A DNA stretch of 64,000 nucleotides, from positions 160,001 through 224,000 of the forward strand of contig CAWDLW010000012.1 of NCBI GenBank assembly GCA_963803145.1, read 5' to 3'. The DNA comes from Methanotrichaceae archaeon (GTDB lineage: Archaea > Halobacteriota > Methanosarcinia > Methanotrichales > Methanotrichaceae). The notes below the pieces were generated by a model. It made no database searches, was not told the origin of the DNA, and saw only the letters and a list, made by a program, of their open reading frames with translations. Shown one piece after another: positions 41,714 to 52,794 of the stretch (position 1 is its first letter; each line of letters starts with the position of its first letter). Made by a program: the position numbers and the translations under genes.

Positions 41714-42114
41714 GATCTCCTGATCTAACTCAGATTATATAATGGTCTATCCTTCTTGCTCCGATATAACAATCTGTCCTTGCCGATTTGATGTGGACTT
41801 TGAATATTGATACCAATAAGGCCCATAAAGCTCTCCGCCAGGCTTGGCACAATGGCACGATGGCTTGCCGCATTTCACCTTTTGGAGAATATATGCGCCT
41901 ACTTTTCTTTCTCTTGCAGGTTCTCAGTATTCATAGAGTCTTATATGTATTATCCATATATCGATTTGGCTATGGCATATAAGGCGCTATATCCATCTTT
42001 TTTTTGATGGTAAATAGACTACCATGAACTTAGCGCTTAATATGCCGTGCTTCCAAAACTATTTGTAGTATAATAGGATATACATTCGGAATACAGAATT
42101 TCGGGGGTGTAGCA

Positions 42115-42492
42115 ATGATGGAAAACGGCGTAAGGGTATTTGGAGAAAGGGATAAGCTACTTATAGATATCTTATGTGGCTTAGGTGTCCGAAGACAGGA
42201 AGCCACTCTGATCGTCTGGATGAACGGTGCAGGAGAAGTATCTTCTAAGGATATTGAGAATGGAACAGGTATTCGACAGTCAGAGGTAAGCAAGGTTTTG
42301 AAGGCAATGCGGGAACTTGGCTGGGTAGATAATCTGGGGACTAATAATTCAGCGAAAGGCAGGCCCAGGAAAGTCTACTCACTTGGTGCCTCATTGAATG
42401 ATATCGTGACGTATTATGAGCTGCAAAAGCTTAGGGAAACTACACTGGCCAAGGATTCTATACAGAAGCTGAAAGAGCTGGCACCAGCATAA
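42115..42492 (+). CDS. Winged-helix transcriptional regulator (methanogen type)
   Basis: SKDIE..GIRQSEVS..M..L...GWV..GRPRKVY. Confidence 0.8.
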   Translation: MMENGVRVFGERDKLLIDILCGLGVRRQEATLIVWMNGAGEVSSKDIENGTGIRQSEVSKVLKAMRELGWVDNLGTNNSAKGRPRKVYSLGASLNDIVTYYELQKLRETTLAKDSIQKLKELAPA

Positions 42493-42610
42493 GTCAGAAG
42501 GATACAGCGTAACCCCTGTTCATTTTTGGGGGATTTTTAATCTTTAGCTTTCGGTGTTCATTGTATCTTATATGCAATTTTGGGATATTGAATTCTGAAA
42601 TATTGAATTG

Positions 42611-43375
42611 TTATTTGCGGAGGCTGAACGCGTATGTCCCTACAATAACCATGACAACATCGAAGGTCAGCAGGAATAGCACATCGATATAGAACGGAAT
42701 GGGCGAGATATATGCGCTGCCGAGTATGATAGTTCTCAGCGCGTCCACACCATATGTAAGTGGGTTGATGTAGACGACCCAATGTAGCCATGACGGTAGG
42801 CTATTCACAGGGAAAAGAGCGCCGCTGAGAAGGAACATTGGCAGGTTCACAAACGTCATTATAGTGCCATAGCTCTCTAGACTAGTCATGAAGCTAGCCA
42901 GCGTCAGTCCAATACATACAGTGCCAAGTGTGATAAGCAGCATCAACGGTAGGATCTCGATGACAATAGCCAGTGTAATTTTAACCCCTATTAAAAACCC
43001 GAGCATTAGAACGATCGTGCCCTGGATCATGGAGTCAGTGCTTACCCCCAGCATCTTGCCGGTAAAGATAGAGACCCGGGAGACGGGCGCCACCAATATC
43101 TCTTTTAGAAAACCGAATTGGCGGTCCCATATCACCGATATGCCCATGAACATAGACGTGAATAACAGCGTTTGACCAATAATGCCTGGAAATATGAACT
43201 CCTGGTAGCTGAATCCGGATCCAATGCTGCCCCTTATAGATGACCCGAGGCCTGCGCCGAAGATGATCAGCCACAGCATCGGCTGGACGAAAGAGCTGAT
43301 AAAACGAGTTCTCTCACGAACAAACCGCTTAACCTCCCTTTTCCAGAGAGTCTTAATTCCCCGCAGCTCGCTCAT
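42611..43375 (-). CDS. ABC-2 transporter permease
   Basis: DRQFGFLKEILVAP, NLPMFLLSGALFP, NPLTYGVD. Confidence 0.93.
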   Translation of the reverse strand: MSELRGIKTLWKREVKRFVRERTRFISSFVQPMLWLIIFGAGLGSSIRGSIGSGFSYQEFIFPGIIGQTLLFTSMFMGISVIWDRQFGFLKEILVAPVSRVSIFTGKMLGVSTDSMIQGTIVLMLGFLIGVKITLAIVIEILPLMLLITLGTVCIGLTLASFMTSLESYGTIMTFVNLPMFLLSGALFPVNSLPSWLHWVVYINPLTYGVDALRTIILGSAYISPIPFYIDVLFLLTFDVVMVIVGTYAFSLRK

Positions 43376-44358
43376 TTTATCTGCCTCCTCTTAATGGCAC
43401 CCATGCCGCTCAGCTCCTTGCCGCCGCCTTCACGTAAGTCTCTGCCAGTATAGTACAGGAACACATCATCTAACTGAGGCTCTTGGAGGGAGATAGATCC
43501 AATAATTACTCCATTTCTGGAAGCAACATCCACAATATGAGATAGCACCGTATGGGCATTATCAACGGTTATCTTAACCTCATCACCAGCGATAACTACG
43601 CTTTTTGCAATGCCCGCTTCTTTAATCTTCTCCAGATACAGGGGATTATTCTGGGTCTTGACAGTGATAGTCTCGCCCCCGAGCTTTTCCTTCAAGCTCT
43701 CGGGCGTATCCAGTGCAACGACATTGCCGTGATCGACTATAGCTATCCGATCACACAGCTTATCCGCCTCTTCCATGTAATGCGTGGTCAGGATAATGGT
43801 GAGATCTTCCGTCTGTAGTAGCTCCTGAATATATGACCATATATGATTACGGCTTTGGGGATCAAGGCCGATGGTCGGCTCATCCAAAAATAGCATCTTT
43901 GGAGTATGTACCAGGCTTCGAGCTATCTCCAACCTCCGGCGCATACCGCTAGAGTAGTTTCGCACAAAATCGTTGCCGCGGTCTGATAGCTCTACCAGCT
44001 CAAGCACCTTATCGATCTGTTGCTTCATTTCTGGTTCGGGAACACCATAGAGATCGGCATGCATCTCCAGGTTTTCCCTTCCTGTAAGACGGTCATCTAC
44101 GCTTGGGTCCTGGAATACAATTCCAATGGACTTTCTAACCTGAGAAGGCTGTTTAACGATATCATAACCATTGACCAGAGCTGTGCCTGATGTTGGCTTC
44201 AGGATCGTACACAGCATGGAGATTATAGTGCTTTTCCCGGCTCCGTTGGGGCCCAATAGTCCGAAGGTCTCGCCCTGCTCCACATTTATGTTCACTTTAT
44301 CAACGGCCGTCAAGCCATCGAACTTTTTAGTCAGATCCTTTGTCTCTATTGCGCTCAT
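43372..44358 (-). CDS. ABC transporter ATP-binding protein (DrrA-like)
   Basis: GPNGAGKST, YSSGMRRR, LFLDEPT, TTHY. Confidence 0.95.
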   Translation of the reverse strand: MSAIETKDLTKKFDGLTAVDKVNINVEQGETFGLLGPNGAGKSTIISMLCTILKPTSGTALVNGYDIVKQPSQVRKSIGIVFQDPSVDDRLTGRENLEMHADLYGVPEPEMKQQIDKVLELVELSDRGNDFVRNYSSGMRRRLEIARSLVHTPKMLFLDEPTIGLDPQSRNHIWSYIQELLQTEDLTIILTTHYMEEADKLCDRIAIVDHGNVVALDTPESLKEKLGGETITVKTQNNPLYLEKIKEAGIAKSVVIAGDEVKITVDNAHTVLSHIVDVASRNGVIIGSISLQEPQLDDVFLYYTGRDLREGGGKELSGMGAIKRRQIK

Positions 44359-44380
44359 TGTGCGCCTCTTTCACAGTAGA

Positions 44381-44570
44381 TCATTTCTCAAACATCCCTG
44401 CATTGGCAAAGGCAGCATCTGCCTCTATGCCTTTGCCCAAAGCCATGAGAGCAAGCCCTTTGCTATTCCATGTTTACTGCATGTTTATCTGGCTTTTGAT
44501 CTAATTCCGGTTCTATTTTATTGGCCTTCACCAGCATAAGCCCTTAGAGCCGATTCATCTCTTCTAAAAG
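44381..44570 (-). pseudogene. Decayed TPR gene remnant
   Basis: WNSKGLALMALGKGIEADAAFANA..* resembles the C-terminal TPR of the other TPR proteins; upstream pieces lie in shifting frames. Confidence 0.45.
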
Positions 44571-44837
44571 TGCCTCGCGAACTATTTTGAATGGATTCTG
44601 CATTTAGCTCGGTCTTTGTTATGGTAGAAACCATATATTGTTCTTTCATTTGCATATTAGGCCTTTCAAATTTATGCCAATGGAAAATAAGAATTTGCTT
44701 TGGAAAATATCATAGAGCTGCTTTAAGAGAATTATAAATCTGTATTATCAATACGTATTTATAATACTAACTTAGATTTAGATCGTTACCAGGCGGAACG
44801 CTTTTAATAGAGATATTTCAAGTACTTAACTGAGATT

Positions 44838-45077
44838 ATGAGAAGAACTAAGGAGGAGATTATAATCAGGGTCCTGGAGACCTGTCTAACTGATGCCAAC
44901 AAGACGGTTATTGTTTATAAAAGCAATCTGAACTTTGCAACAGTAGTTCCCTACCTTGATTCCTTAATAAAGAACGGATTCATATCATTGACAGAAGGAC
45001 CTACCAGGAAGTATAAAACCACAGATAAAGGAAAGGAGCTTTTGAGCGGGCTCAAGGAGATCCATAAATTGCTATAG
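44838..45077 (+). CDS. Small archaeal winged-helix protein (HTH_45-like)
   Basis: KT.IVYKSNLNF..YL..L..G..YKTT.KG. Confidence 0.85.
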   Translation: MRRTKEEIIIRVLETCLTDANKTVIVYKSNLNFATVVPYLDSLIKNGFISLTEGPTRKYKTTDKGKELLSGLKEIHKLL

Positions 45078-45248
45078 CCTTCGTATAGTGATCACAGCTT
45101 TCGTATTTGGGCATTCGGCCTGGCCACCTCAGTATTCACAATCATTCAACCGAATGAAAGGGCATTTTGCCAGTTATTTCTCTTCGTTATAATATTGTTA
45201 AGTTATGAAAATAACTAGAAAAAAGGTGCAGGGTATATGAAATGATTA

Positions 45249-46133
45249 TTAGGAAGATCCCTGCTGGTTTGAAGATCCTAGAGTACATGCAGTCCACGCC
45301 CAGTTATCTGCACCATCTGGTATCCTAGCATAGCATAGGCCGTTATGAGATCCGGCTCCTGTATACATTACAAAATCCCTTCGATTGTCTCCGGAATCAA
45401 AGAGAGTGACATCTTGGTAATCTCCTGTAAGCCCGGTCACATCAACTACTAAGAACCCAAATGGGGCAATCACTTGATCATTTATCGTTCCTATAACATC
45501 TCCACTTATGTTTCTCAAGTACCATAGATTTACATTTACTGGGGTATTCCCAGGGTTATACAGCTCCACCATCCCATTTCCACTCTTTGCAGATGCCCCT
45601 ATGCCGGGATGGATCTCATTTATTACTACTGGTCCAGTTGAATTGCCAGATGCCTGCCCTGGCGCTACAACGTCAGATCCGCCTGATACTACGCTAGATC
45701 CTCCGCCGGAATTGCTCTGAGGAACCTCCCCAGAACCGCCACTGCTGCCTCCGTTGTTGCTGCCCCCAGAACCTCCATTTCCGTCAGAGCCGCCATTTCC
45801 ACCTGAACCACCATTTGATCCGCCTCCGTTTCCTTCATCAGAGCCGCCTCCGGAATTGCCCCCAGAACCACCGTTATCTCCACCGCCGTTATTATTGCCA
45901 CCTGACCCCCCTCCAGAGTTATCTCCGGAAGTTGGTGTTCCAGATTCAATTACAGATACTTGAGTGATATCGCCGCCAACAATGCAATTATCCTCTGCGA
46001 CAAGCTGTGAGCTTGCGACATAAACATTGTTATCTTGGCTTTCAGCTGTTTGACTAATGTAAAATAAAACCGGGAAAACAAACAGCATAAAGGCTACCAT
46101 TGCAGAAATTATCGCTTTTAACATATCCCACAC
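45249..46133 (-). CDS. Exported lamin-tail-domain protein with Gly/Ser/Asn linker
   Basis: N-terminal hydrophobic segment; GGN/GGS tract; VVINEI..VELYN..W.L..YARIPDG..TLG..N. Confidence 0.78.
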   Translation of the reverse strand: MWDMLKAIISAMVAFMLFVFPVLFYISQTAESQDNNVYVASSQLVAEDNCIVGGDITQVSVIESGTPTSGDNSGGGSGGNNNGGGDNGGSGGNSGGGSDEGNGGGSNGGSGGNGGSDGNGGSGGSNNGGSSGGSGEVPQSNSGGGSSVVSGGSDVVAPGQASGNSTGPVVINEIHPGIGASAKSGNGMVELYNPGNTPVNVNLWYLRNISGDVIGTINDQVIAPFGFLVVDVTGLTGDYQDVTLFDSGDNRRDFVMYTGAGSHNGLCYARIPDGADNWAWTACTLGSSNQQGSS

Positions 46134-46939
46134 TCCACCCGTATTTATTCTACGTACGGTCCTTCCACTCTATTAACTAGTCTTTAAATTTATAAGAGTA
46201 TACGAACTTTGATTAATTATTCTATGGTTCTAAATCGTATCCATGTCCAACAATCTTTTCTTAATTTTGTTGATTCATACAAAAGTTTGACATTTATCTA
46301 CCGATGTGTATATTCTTTTTAGATGCCATGATATTTCGCAACTACATCAAATGTACTTGTTAGAGTAATTAAATATATCATTTAGTGATGATTGCATTTT
46401 TCCTTTTAGAATACTCCTAAAATATCATCCTATACTAATATACTATCCCGACGATGTTACGGTAATTTTTATCTAGCGGACATATTTAACAGCTAGCTTT
46501 GTTAAAGAGAATGCAAGCAGAAAGCCTATAACAGCGATTATAACCGATAGTGAATGCATCTCCTAAAAAAAGGCTGTGGTGTATGGTGGCTATACTCATG
46601 ACGGAAGCATCTAATATATTGGAAAATAGCGGTAAAACCATATGCGAAAGAATATGATTTTCAGAGGGAATAGGAAAATTTATATACTGTATTAGTACTA
46701 CTATTATTATCATCTATGAAGGGCCGCAGTCTCATGCCATCCCTCCCTAGAAACTTTTGCCAAAGAGGCATTTTAGACTGCGGTCCAGTAAACTATCATT
46801 TCTCAATCGGATCGCTCGAAACAATCGAGATTCGCTCAATCACTTCCTTGTGATTATCGATTAAAGCAGTAGCAATTATACTTAGGCAGTATCATCCACT
46901 AAAAAAAAGGACTTACCAGGATATAATATCCCGGTAGAA

Positions 46940-47674
46940 TCATAATTTCTTGTGGCAGAACCACCAATCGTAGCAGATTATCTCTCCGCCGGTAACACGT
47001 GTCTTAGCAGTCTTTTCGTCTGCAGGCGGCGGTATGATCACATCCTCGCCGATAAGCTCATTTTTCGGCCAGTTGGCAGGCGCAGACACCTTATACTTAT
47101 CTGTGGTTTGAAGTGCATTAACGGCCCTCAGGATTTCATCCATGTTTCTGCCGACCTCCTGGGGATAGAAGAGTATCAGTCTAACAGTTCCCTCTGGATC
47201 GACGATAAATACTGCCCTGACTGTATTCGTCCCTTTTCCCGGATGGATCATCCCCATCTTTGCGGCAATCTTTCCTTGATCGTCTGCGATGATTGGGAAC
47301 TTGATCTCTACGCCCAAATTCTCCTTGATCCACTGCGTCCACTTCATATGGGAGAATACCTGATCGATGGAGAGGCCAATAAGCCCGCAGTTCAGCTTTT
47401 CAAACTCAGGCCTTCTTTTCTCGAACCCCACGAACTCCGTGGTACATACTGGCGTGAAGTCCGCCGGATGGCTGAAGAGCACAAACCATTTGCCTGCAAA
47501 GTGATCAGGTAGCTTAAGAGTTCCTTGGGTAGTCTTTACCTCCATCTGTGGGAACTTATCTCCGATCAAGGGAAAAGCGGATGCCTCTCCGCCCATCATA
47601 TGATGCATCATGCCCATATGTTCCATATGTCCCATTCCTTCTTTCATGCCCATAGGCCCATCAGTTCTGCACAT
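46940..47674 (-). CDS. Peroxiredoxin (archaeal Prx6 type) with Met/His-rich N-terminal extension
   Basis: [35 protein letters not shown]. Confidence 0.93.
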   Translation of the reverse strand: MCRTDGPMGMKEGMGHMEHMGMMHHMMGGEASAFPLIGDKFPQMEVKTTQGTLKLPDHFAGKWFVLFSHPADFTPVCTTEFVGFEKRRPEFEKLNCGLIGLSIDQVFSHMKWTQWIKENLGVEIKFPIIADDQGKIAAKMGMIHPGKGTNTVRAVFIVDPEGTVRLILFYPQEVGRNMDEILRAVNALQTTDKYKVSAPANWPKNELIGEDVIIPPPADEKTAKTRVTGGEIICYDWWFCHKKL

Positions 47675-47925
47675 ATCATATGCCTCTTTTTTCTAGATTA
47701 TTTTACGATTACTAATTAAAGGTTACTATTGCTATGTGAGTAATAATGCTTGAGGGTTTACTCCTTGGCTAGCTTTGAGGCTATGGTTGCCATATGCTTG
47801 CCCTGGAATATCTGGAACATCGCAGTATCTCTATTTTCAATCAGAAAGTTAGTATGCCTGAGTAATGTATAAGGGACTTTCAGAACCTCCATAATGCCTC
47901 TACTTATTTTAGGACTTTTAGGAGA

Positions 47926-49187
47926 GTGAACGCTCCCCGCCCTAAAGGGCGGAGCTTCTATCGCTTTTGCGAAGAGATTGCATCCCCAATCTCAGAATGT
48001 TGATCGCTGCATTCAGATCTCTATCCATGGACAAGCCACATTCCGAGCAGCTATGGATTCTTTCAGAGAGATCTTTTTTGACTATTAGACCACACCTGGA
48101 ACACATCTGAGATGTTAGTCCTGGATCTACCAGTACAACCTTTGAACCAGCGTATACTGCTTTGCTCTCAGTTGCCTTCACCAGCATATTCCAAGCCACA
48201 TCCGAGATAGATTTAGCTAGGCAATGGTTTTTGAGCATATTTCGGATATCAAGGTCTTCAAAGACTATTACGCCAAATCGATCCACCAACTCACGGCTAA
48301 CCTGGTTGGCAAAATCGTTTCGCCTGTTAGCGATCCTCTCATGGACTCGTTCGACGACCTTTAAGGCAGCTCTCCTCTCAGGTGAACCTTTCGGAGCTTT
48401 TGAGAGCTTCCTTTGAACCTTAGCAAGCTCTTTTTCCTCATCCCTGAAGAATCTAGGATTAGCAATCGTCTCACCATTGGAGAGAGTCGCGAAACTCTCC
48501 AAGCCTACATCAATCCCTACGACTGAACCATCTTTCCAGGGAGGCAGGGGTATGTCTTCCAACTCAACTGAGAGGCAAGCAAACCATTTGCCAGTGGGCA
48601 TTTTCCTAACTACGCAGGTCTTGATCTTGCCATTAATAGGTCTATGGAGCTTGACCTTGATATCACCGATCTTGGAGAGATGGAGTTTGCCAGAATCCAA
48701 TCCGAACCCGGATTGAGGATATGTAATACTGTCATACCGGCCTTTTCCTTTGAATCTAGGATATCCGGGATTCTCGCCAGCTTTAACTCTTCGAAAGAAT
48801 GCTTTGAAGGCAAGTTCTACCCTCAGAACAACGTTTTGAAGCGTGAGAGAATGGACTTCTTTGAACTCAGGATGATTTACTTTCAATTGAGGTAATCTAT
48901 CCTGAGTCTCAAAACGCTTGACTTGTCGTTGCTCTTTCTCCCACGCGTTCTTTCGATATGCCAAGGTATCATTATAGACTTGCCTGCAAAGCTCAAGCTG
49001 CCTTTCTAGGATACGGACTTGAGATTTTGTCGGGAATAGTCTAGAGCAATACGATTTAAGCATTGATGATAAGTTGCTTAATAAGGTTAAATAGTTATTG
49101 ATTACGCGAGAAGACGGGAGGACTCCACTCTCATCCCACGGCCTGAAGGCCGGGGACTTCTCGTTCCGTCCTCTCCGCCCCTGCGAA
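47926..49187 (-). mobile_element. IS200/IS605-family TnpB-only (IS1341-type) element
   Basis: Right-end hairpin CCGCCC-TTTA-GGGCGG followed by ..GTTCAC; structured left end (GGCC-TTCA-GGCC) preceded by TTTAA on the minus strand; no tnpA; end positions inferred from family conventions. Confidence 0.8.
47942..49063 (-). CDS. tnpB: RNA-guided nuclease TnpB
   Basis: PGYPRFK, GIDVG (RuvC-I D), VFEDL (E), CSRC..CSEC Zn ribbon, DRDLNAAINI (D). Confidence 0.95.
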   Translation of the reverse strand: MLKSYCSRLFPTKSQVRILERQLELCRQVYNDTLAYRKNAWEKEQRQVKRFETQDRLPQLKVNHPEFKEVHSLTLQNVVLRVELAFKAFFRRVKAGENPGYPRFKGKGRYDSITYPQSGFGLDSGKLHLSKIGDIKVKLHRPINGKIKTCVVRKMPTGKWFACLSVELEDIPLPPWKDGSVVGIDVGLESFATLSNGETIANPRFFRDEEKELAKVQRKLSKAPKGSPERRAALKVVERVHERIANRRNDFANQVSRELVDRFGVIVFEDLDIRNMLKNHCLAKSISDVAWNMLVKATESKAVYAGSKVVLVDPGLTSQMCSRCGLIVKKDLSERIHSCSECGLSMDRDLNAAINILRLGMQSLRKSDRSSAL

Positions 49188-49358
49188 TTAAACTTGCTGC
49201 TCAGCGGTTCTATTCAGCATCAGAGCCGTTATGATAATTTATCTATGCTGGTGCAATAACGGATGAGCTTTGGCAAGGTTTAAGACGAGAGCCGAATGTG
49301 ATAGTGCTGGATGCCGAAATACGATAATATCAGAAGCCTAAGATGGTGAAGTAAGCAT

Positions 49359-50363
49359 ATGGATATCTTCTCCCATGCATTGCTTCCTTACCTCGTAGGT
49401 AGCCTTGTGAAGCTGAACAAGAGAGATCTTACAGCTTTAGTCGTGGGTGGGATTATCCCTGATCTGGATTTCCTTATCCTGTGGATTAACTACCTCTATC
49501 CGAGCGATCTTTTGCTTACTCACAGAGGAATTACTCATACGCTGATATTCGGTCTTCTATTATCGCTTATAATGCTATACATACTATCACGCGGCAAAGT
49601 TAAAAGTGCGATCAATAGGTTAGCGGACTTCGATATTTCCCTAACAGGAAGGGCCCTTATATTTGTCTATGTAGGCGTATTGAGCCATCTTCTCCTGGAT
49701 TATCTGACCACATGGGGAGTTCCTCTGTTTTATCCGCTTGATGCATCAAGGGTGTCTGCCGATATATTCTCCCCTATTGAGATCGTGCTTGCAATAACAA
49801 GCCTGGCAATCATCGCCGTGCTGCTGAGAAACGGCCTGAGAAACAGCCAAAGCAGATCGACAAAGGTGAGGCTATTAGCTGTCTTTTTAATAGTAATAAT
49901 AGCAGTGGGGCTTATCAGGATAGATGGAAAGGAGATGTCAGAGAGTTTTCTAGGAGATGCAAATGCTAAGAGCTATCCTGACACAGATCTGTTTAAATGG
50001 AGTGTTCTTGAGGACAACGGAAGCTGGTTTGATGTATATGAGTATGACCTTCTTTCTGGGGATATGCAGCATATGGCGGCCTTTCCATATCTGGAAATAT
50101 CGTCGGATAGAAACAATTCAAATGAGGATATCGGAGCTGCATTGGCGGCAGCAAACAGGCTGCCACAGGTAGTGCTCTTTCGCTGGAGGGCATATGCTGT
50201 TGCAATCAATGCTTCGTTTAAAGACGACATATGGCATCTCGAATATTATGATCCTGTAGCCAGAGCCAGGCAGATGAAATCGCCACCTATGCTCAAAATG
50301 GCAACAGGCGGCTACTCGTCGATTAGGGTAAAAGTCGATGACGGCAAGGCTTTCGTTGTATGA
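49359..50363 (+). CDS. Membrane metal-dependent hydrolase (YdjM family)
   Basis: MDIFSH, PDLD, HRGITHT, SHLLLDYLT..G..LFYP. Confidence 0.88.
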   Translation: MDIFSHALLPYLVGSLVKLNKRDLTALVVGGIIPDLDFLILWINYLYPSDLLLTHRGITHTLIFGLLLSLIMLYILSRGKVKSAINRLADFDISLTGRALIFVYVGVLSHLLLDYLTTWGVPLFYPLDASRVSADIFSPIEIVLAITSLAIIAVLLRNGLRNSQSRSTKVRLLAVFLIVIIAVGLIRIDGKEMSESFLGDANAKSYPDTDLFKWSVLEDNGSWFDVYEYDLLSGDMQHMAAFPYLEISSDRNNSNEDIGAALAAANRLPQVVLFRWRAYAVAINASFKDDIWHLEYYDPVARARQMKSPPMLKMATGGYSSIRVKVDDGKAFVV

Positions 50364-50502
50364 AAATTTGTTTTGAATACTAATTGAGTATTTGCCTGCG
50401 AGAGATATAATACATTAAGTTGATTAAGGAATTATAAATCTATGAACCTTCAAGCGGAAAAATGTATATACGTCGGAACAATAGTTATTTAAGGAGATAT
50501 AA

Positions 50503-50919
50503 ATGGCCACTAATTATGCTGTAAAGGCTGCAATAGACGAACTTTATGAATCTTTGTCGGTAGATAGCATAATTGGCGAGCCTATAGCGATAGGGGACAA
50601 GATAATTCTGCCTGTTACCAAGATGGGCATTGTTTTCGGCACTGGACTTCATTGCGGAGCTCAGGATAGTTGTGCTGACGGCAACGCAGGTGGAGGCGGC
50701 GGCATATTCCCTGTAGCCGTGGTTGTCATTTCCAAAAGCATCCAAGGGCCTGAGGGGATCAGGGTTATTCCCCTGACCAAGCCATCCACTCAAGTTGAGC
50801 TTGCAGAATCCCTGAATCACATAGCCTCAGCAGTGGTCTCAAGACTGAAGGCTAGTAGTACGGCCAGTGAAAATAAGCCATCGCATATTCCTAATACAGC
50901 CAGGGTGGAGATAAAGTAG
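50503..50919 (+). CDS. GerW/YtfJ family protein
   Basis: IIGEPI..IILPV..FG.G..GGGGGI.PVAVVVI. Confidence 0.85.
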   Translation: MATNYAVKAAIDELYESLSVDSIIGEPIAIGDKIILPVTKMGIVFGTGLHCGAQDSCADGNAGGGGGIFPVAVVVISKSIQGPEGIRVIPLTKPSTQVELAESLNHIASAVVSRLKASSTASENKPSHIPNTARVEIK

Positions 50920-50929
50920 GTATCAGAAG

Positions 50930-51610
50930 ATGAATACATTAGCAATTGCAATAATTCTAATCTTAATAGTCCTTTTGATGGTCTTTCTGCTAGGTCCCTT
51001 CCGTCTTTACTTTAGCCTCGGAAAGGAAGATATATCTTTGCAGAGTTTTTATAAACTCAGCTTTTTAGGCTTTACGCTAAAGAAAGGTGAGATTCCTTCG
51101 ATACAAGCTAGTCCTACTGAGGGGATCGTGGAAAATCAAGAGCATCAGGAAGCTATCGCCTCGAAGACGGTCGATGCCTCTGAAAAGGAGTATGATGAGA
51201 AAACTTATGAGGATGCAAATATAGGCGCTGATCAAAAGCCAATCAAGATACCGCCTCAGACGCAAGTAAGGCTCATTATCGATGCCTTTCCCCAGATCGC
51301 CCAGATACTCATCGATCTCATAAAATCCATAAATATAAAGAGATTTTTTTGCGAAATATCCTTTGGACTAGATGATCCTGTAGATACAGCCGTGGTGAAC
51401 GGCTATCTCTGGTCAATAGCCTCTGCAACTGGCCTTTATAGAACGGATATTTCTATAGAGCCTCGATTTGATGGAGCCCAACTTGAGGGATCTATATTAG
51501 CTGTGATTGAGGCAAGAATGCTATGGTTTGTAGTAGCTGCCGCAAAAGCATTAGAAGAGGAGAAGACGAGGAAGCTGATATTTGAACTTGTGAAGGGTGG
51601 TGTCTCTTGA
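50930..51610 (+). CDS. DUF2953-like membrane-anchored protein
   Basis: N-terminal TM, FGLDDP..TA..G..W, EPRF; typical neighbour of ytfJ. Confidence 0.7.
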   Translation: MNTLAIAIILILIVLLMVFLLGPFRLYFSLGKEDISLQSFYKLSFLGFTLKKGEIPSIQASPTEGIVENQEHQEAIASKTVDASEKEYDEKTYEDANIGADQKPIKIPPQTQVRLIIDAFPQIAQILIDLIKSINIKRFFCEISFGLDDPVDTAVVNGYLWSIASATGLYRTDISIEPRFDGAQLEGSILAVIEARMLWFVVAAAKALEEEKTRKLIFELVKGGVS

Positions 51611-51909
51611 AGATCGACACCGGAAAAATCCCCAGAATTGAGACCGATATAAAGATAGGTGAGGCTCTGAGAATAGACAATAGGACACTCTATTTTTTAG
51701 CCAGAGTCACTATCATGAAGACCGATGACGGAAAAATCCTTGGAGGATGGGCTAATCCACTGGCTATAGTAGTCAGTGAGCAAAATGAAGAGTATGTGCT
51801 CTCTTTTACAGACAAGGATTACACCATCGATCAGCTTATTGAAATGGCACCTTCTCTGGGGGATGTTTTGAATAAAGATAAGGGGATACATAAGGTCAAG
51901 ATAGAATGA
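51607..51909 (+). CDS. Hypothetical protein, GerW-like derivative
   Basis: IGEAL.I..TL and PLAIVV resemble YtfJ; overlaps upstream stop. Confidence 0.55.
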   Translation: MKIDTGKIPRIETDIKIGEALRIDNRTLYFLARVTIMKTDDGKILGGWANPLAIVVSEQNEEYVLSFTDKDYTIDQLIEMAPSLGDVLNKDKGIHKVKIE

Positions 51910-51999
51910 AGGAATATCGATCGGTAAGGTCAGTAAGATCGGTATGTTCGGCATGTCATCGATACTGTTGAAATAAAAGTATAAAATAGTTTAGAGGTC

Positions 52000-52458
52000 T
52001 CAGGCTTTGATTACGACAGTCTTCGCTGCCCTATCCCCGAGCCTCTGCTTTTTGTGTGATGTCCAGATAAGTATTGCTCCAATTAGATAAAAGATGAGGC
52101 CATCGATTACTCTGAGTATGTTTCTTACGAATGCTGTGCCCATATCTATGGGGCTTCCATCTTCCTTAACCACTTTTATTTTCATGGCCATCTTACCTAT
52201 CGTTTGTCCCCTGGTTCCCTCAAGGTAAGTATAATAGGCGATGTATATTACGAACGTAACTATACCCCACCCGGATAACGCTCCCTGGGGGTTCATATAG
52301 AAGCCTGTAGTATAGACGCCAAACAGAATGCCTAAAAACCAGCCTACTATTCCCAAAATTATGCTATCTATCAGCAATGCCACAAATCTTGTTCCTACGC
52401 CCTGATACGCCATTGGCTCATGATGCGCAGCCGGTACCGTCTCAACTGTGTCTGCCAT
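52000..52458 (-). CDS. RDD family membrane protein
   Basis: RFVALLID, GQTIGK, QRLGD..AKTVV. Confidence 0.9.
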   Translation of the reverse strand: MADTVETVPAAHHEPMAYQGVGTRFVALLIDSIILGIVGWFLGILFGVYTTGFYMNPQGALSGWGIVTFVIYIAYYTYLEGTRGQTIGKMAMKIKVVKEDGSPIDMGTAFVRNILRVIDGLIFYLIGAILIWTSHKKQRLGDRAAKTVVIKA

Positions 52459-52794
52459 AAACCCATCCCCAAAGCTATCAATACATTGTAAACTAAATTA
52501 TATATAAATCATCTAATATTGAATATATCATCCTCTTTATCTCTATCGATGTGCTTGGGTCCTGCTCTAACTATGGAAGTTAATTTTAACTATTAGGATA
52601 ATTACTATTTAAATATCCCGAATCCTTCGGCTTTGCATATAAAGTCACTTTGACAGAAGCTCAGTTCAAATTAGACCCACGATATTGTGGGGGATATAGT
52701 ATCATCAGTTTTATATTTTTGCAAATCCAACAGTTATAATAGCGACCGAATATGTGACGGTGGCAGGGTTAATGCGTAAAATAGAGGTTAAAAC

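Noticed and set aside
45700-45930. Gly-rich tract as a DNA repeat element or separate Pro-rich ORF
   Set aside because: Explained by the Gly/Ser/Asn linker of the lamin-tail protein; the Pro-rich ORF is its antisense shadow
50503-51909. Sporulation system implied by GerW/YtfJ genes
   Set aside because: YtfJ/DUF2953 pairs are widespread in non-sporulating prokaryotes including methanogens
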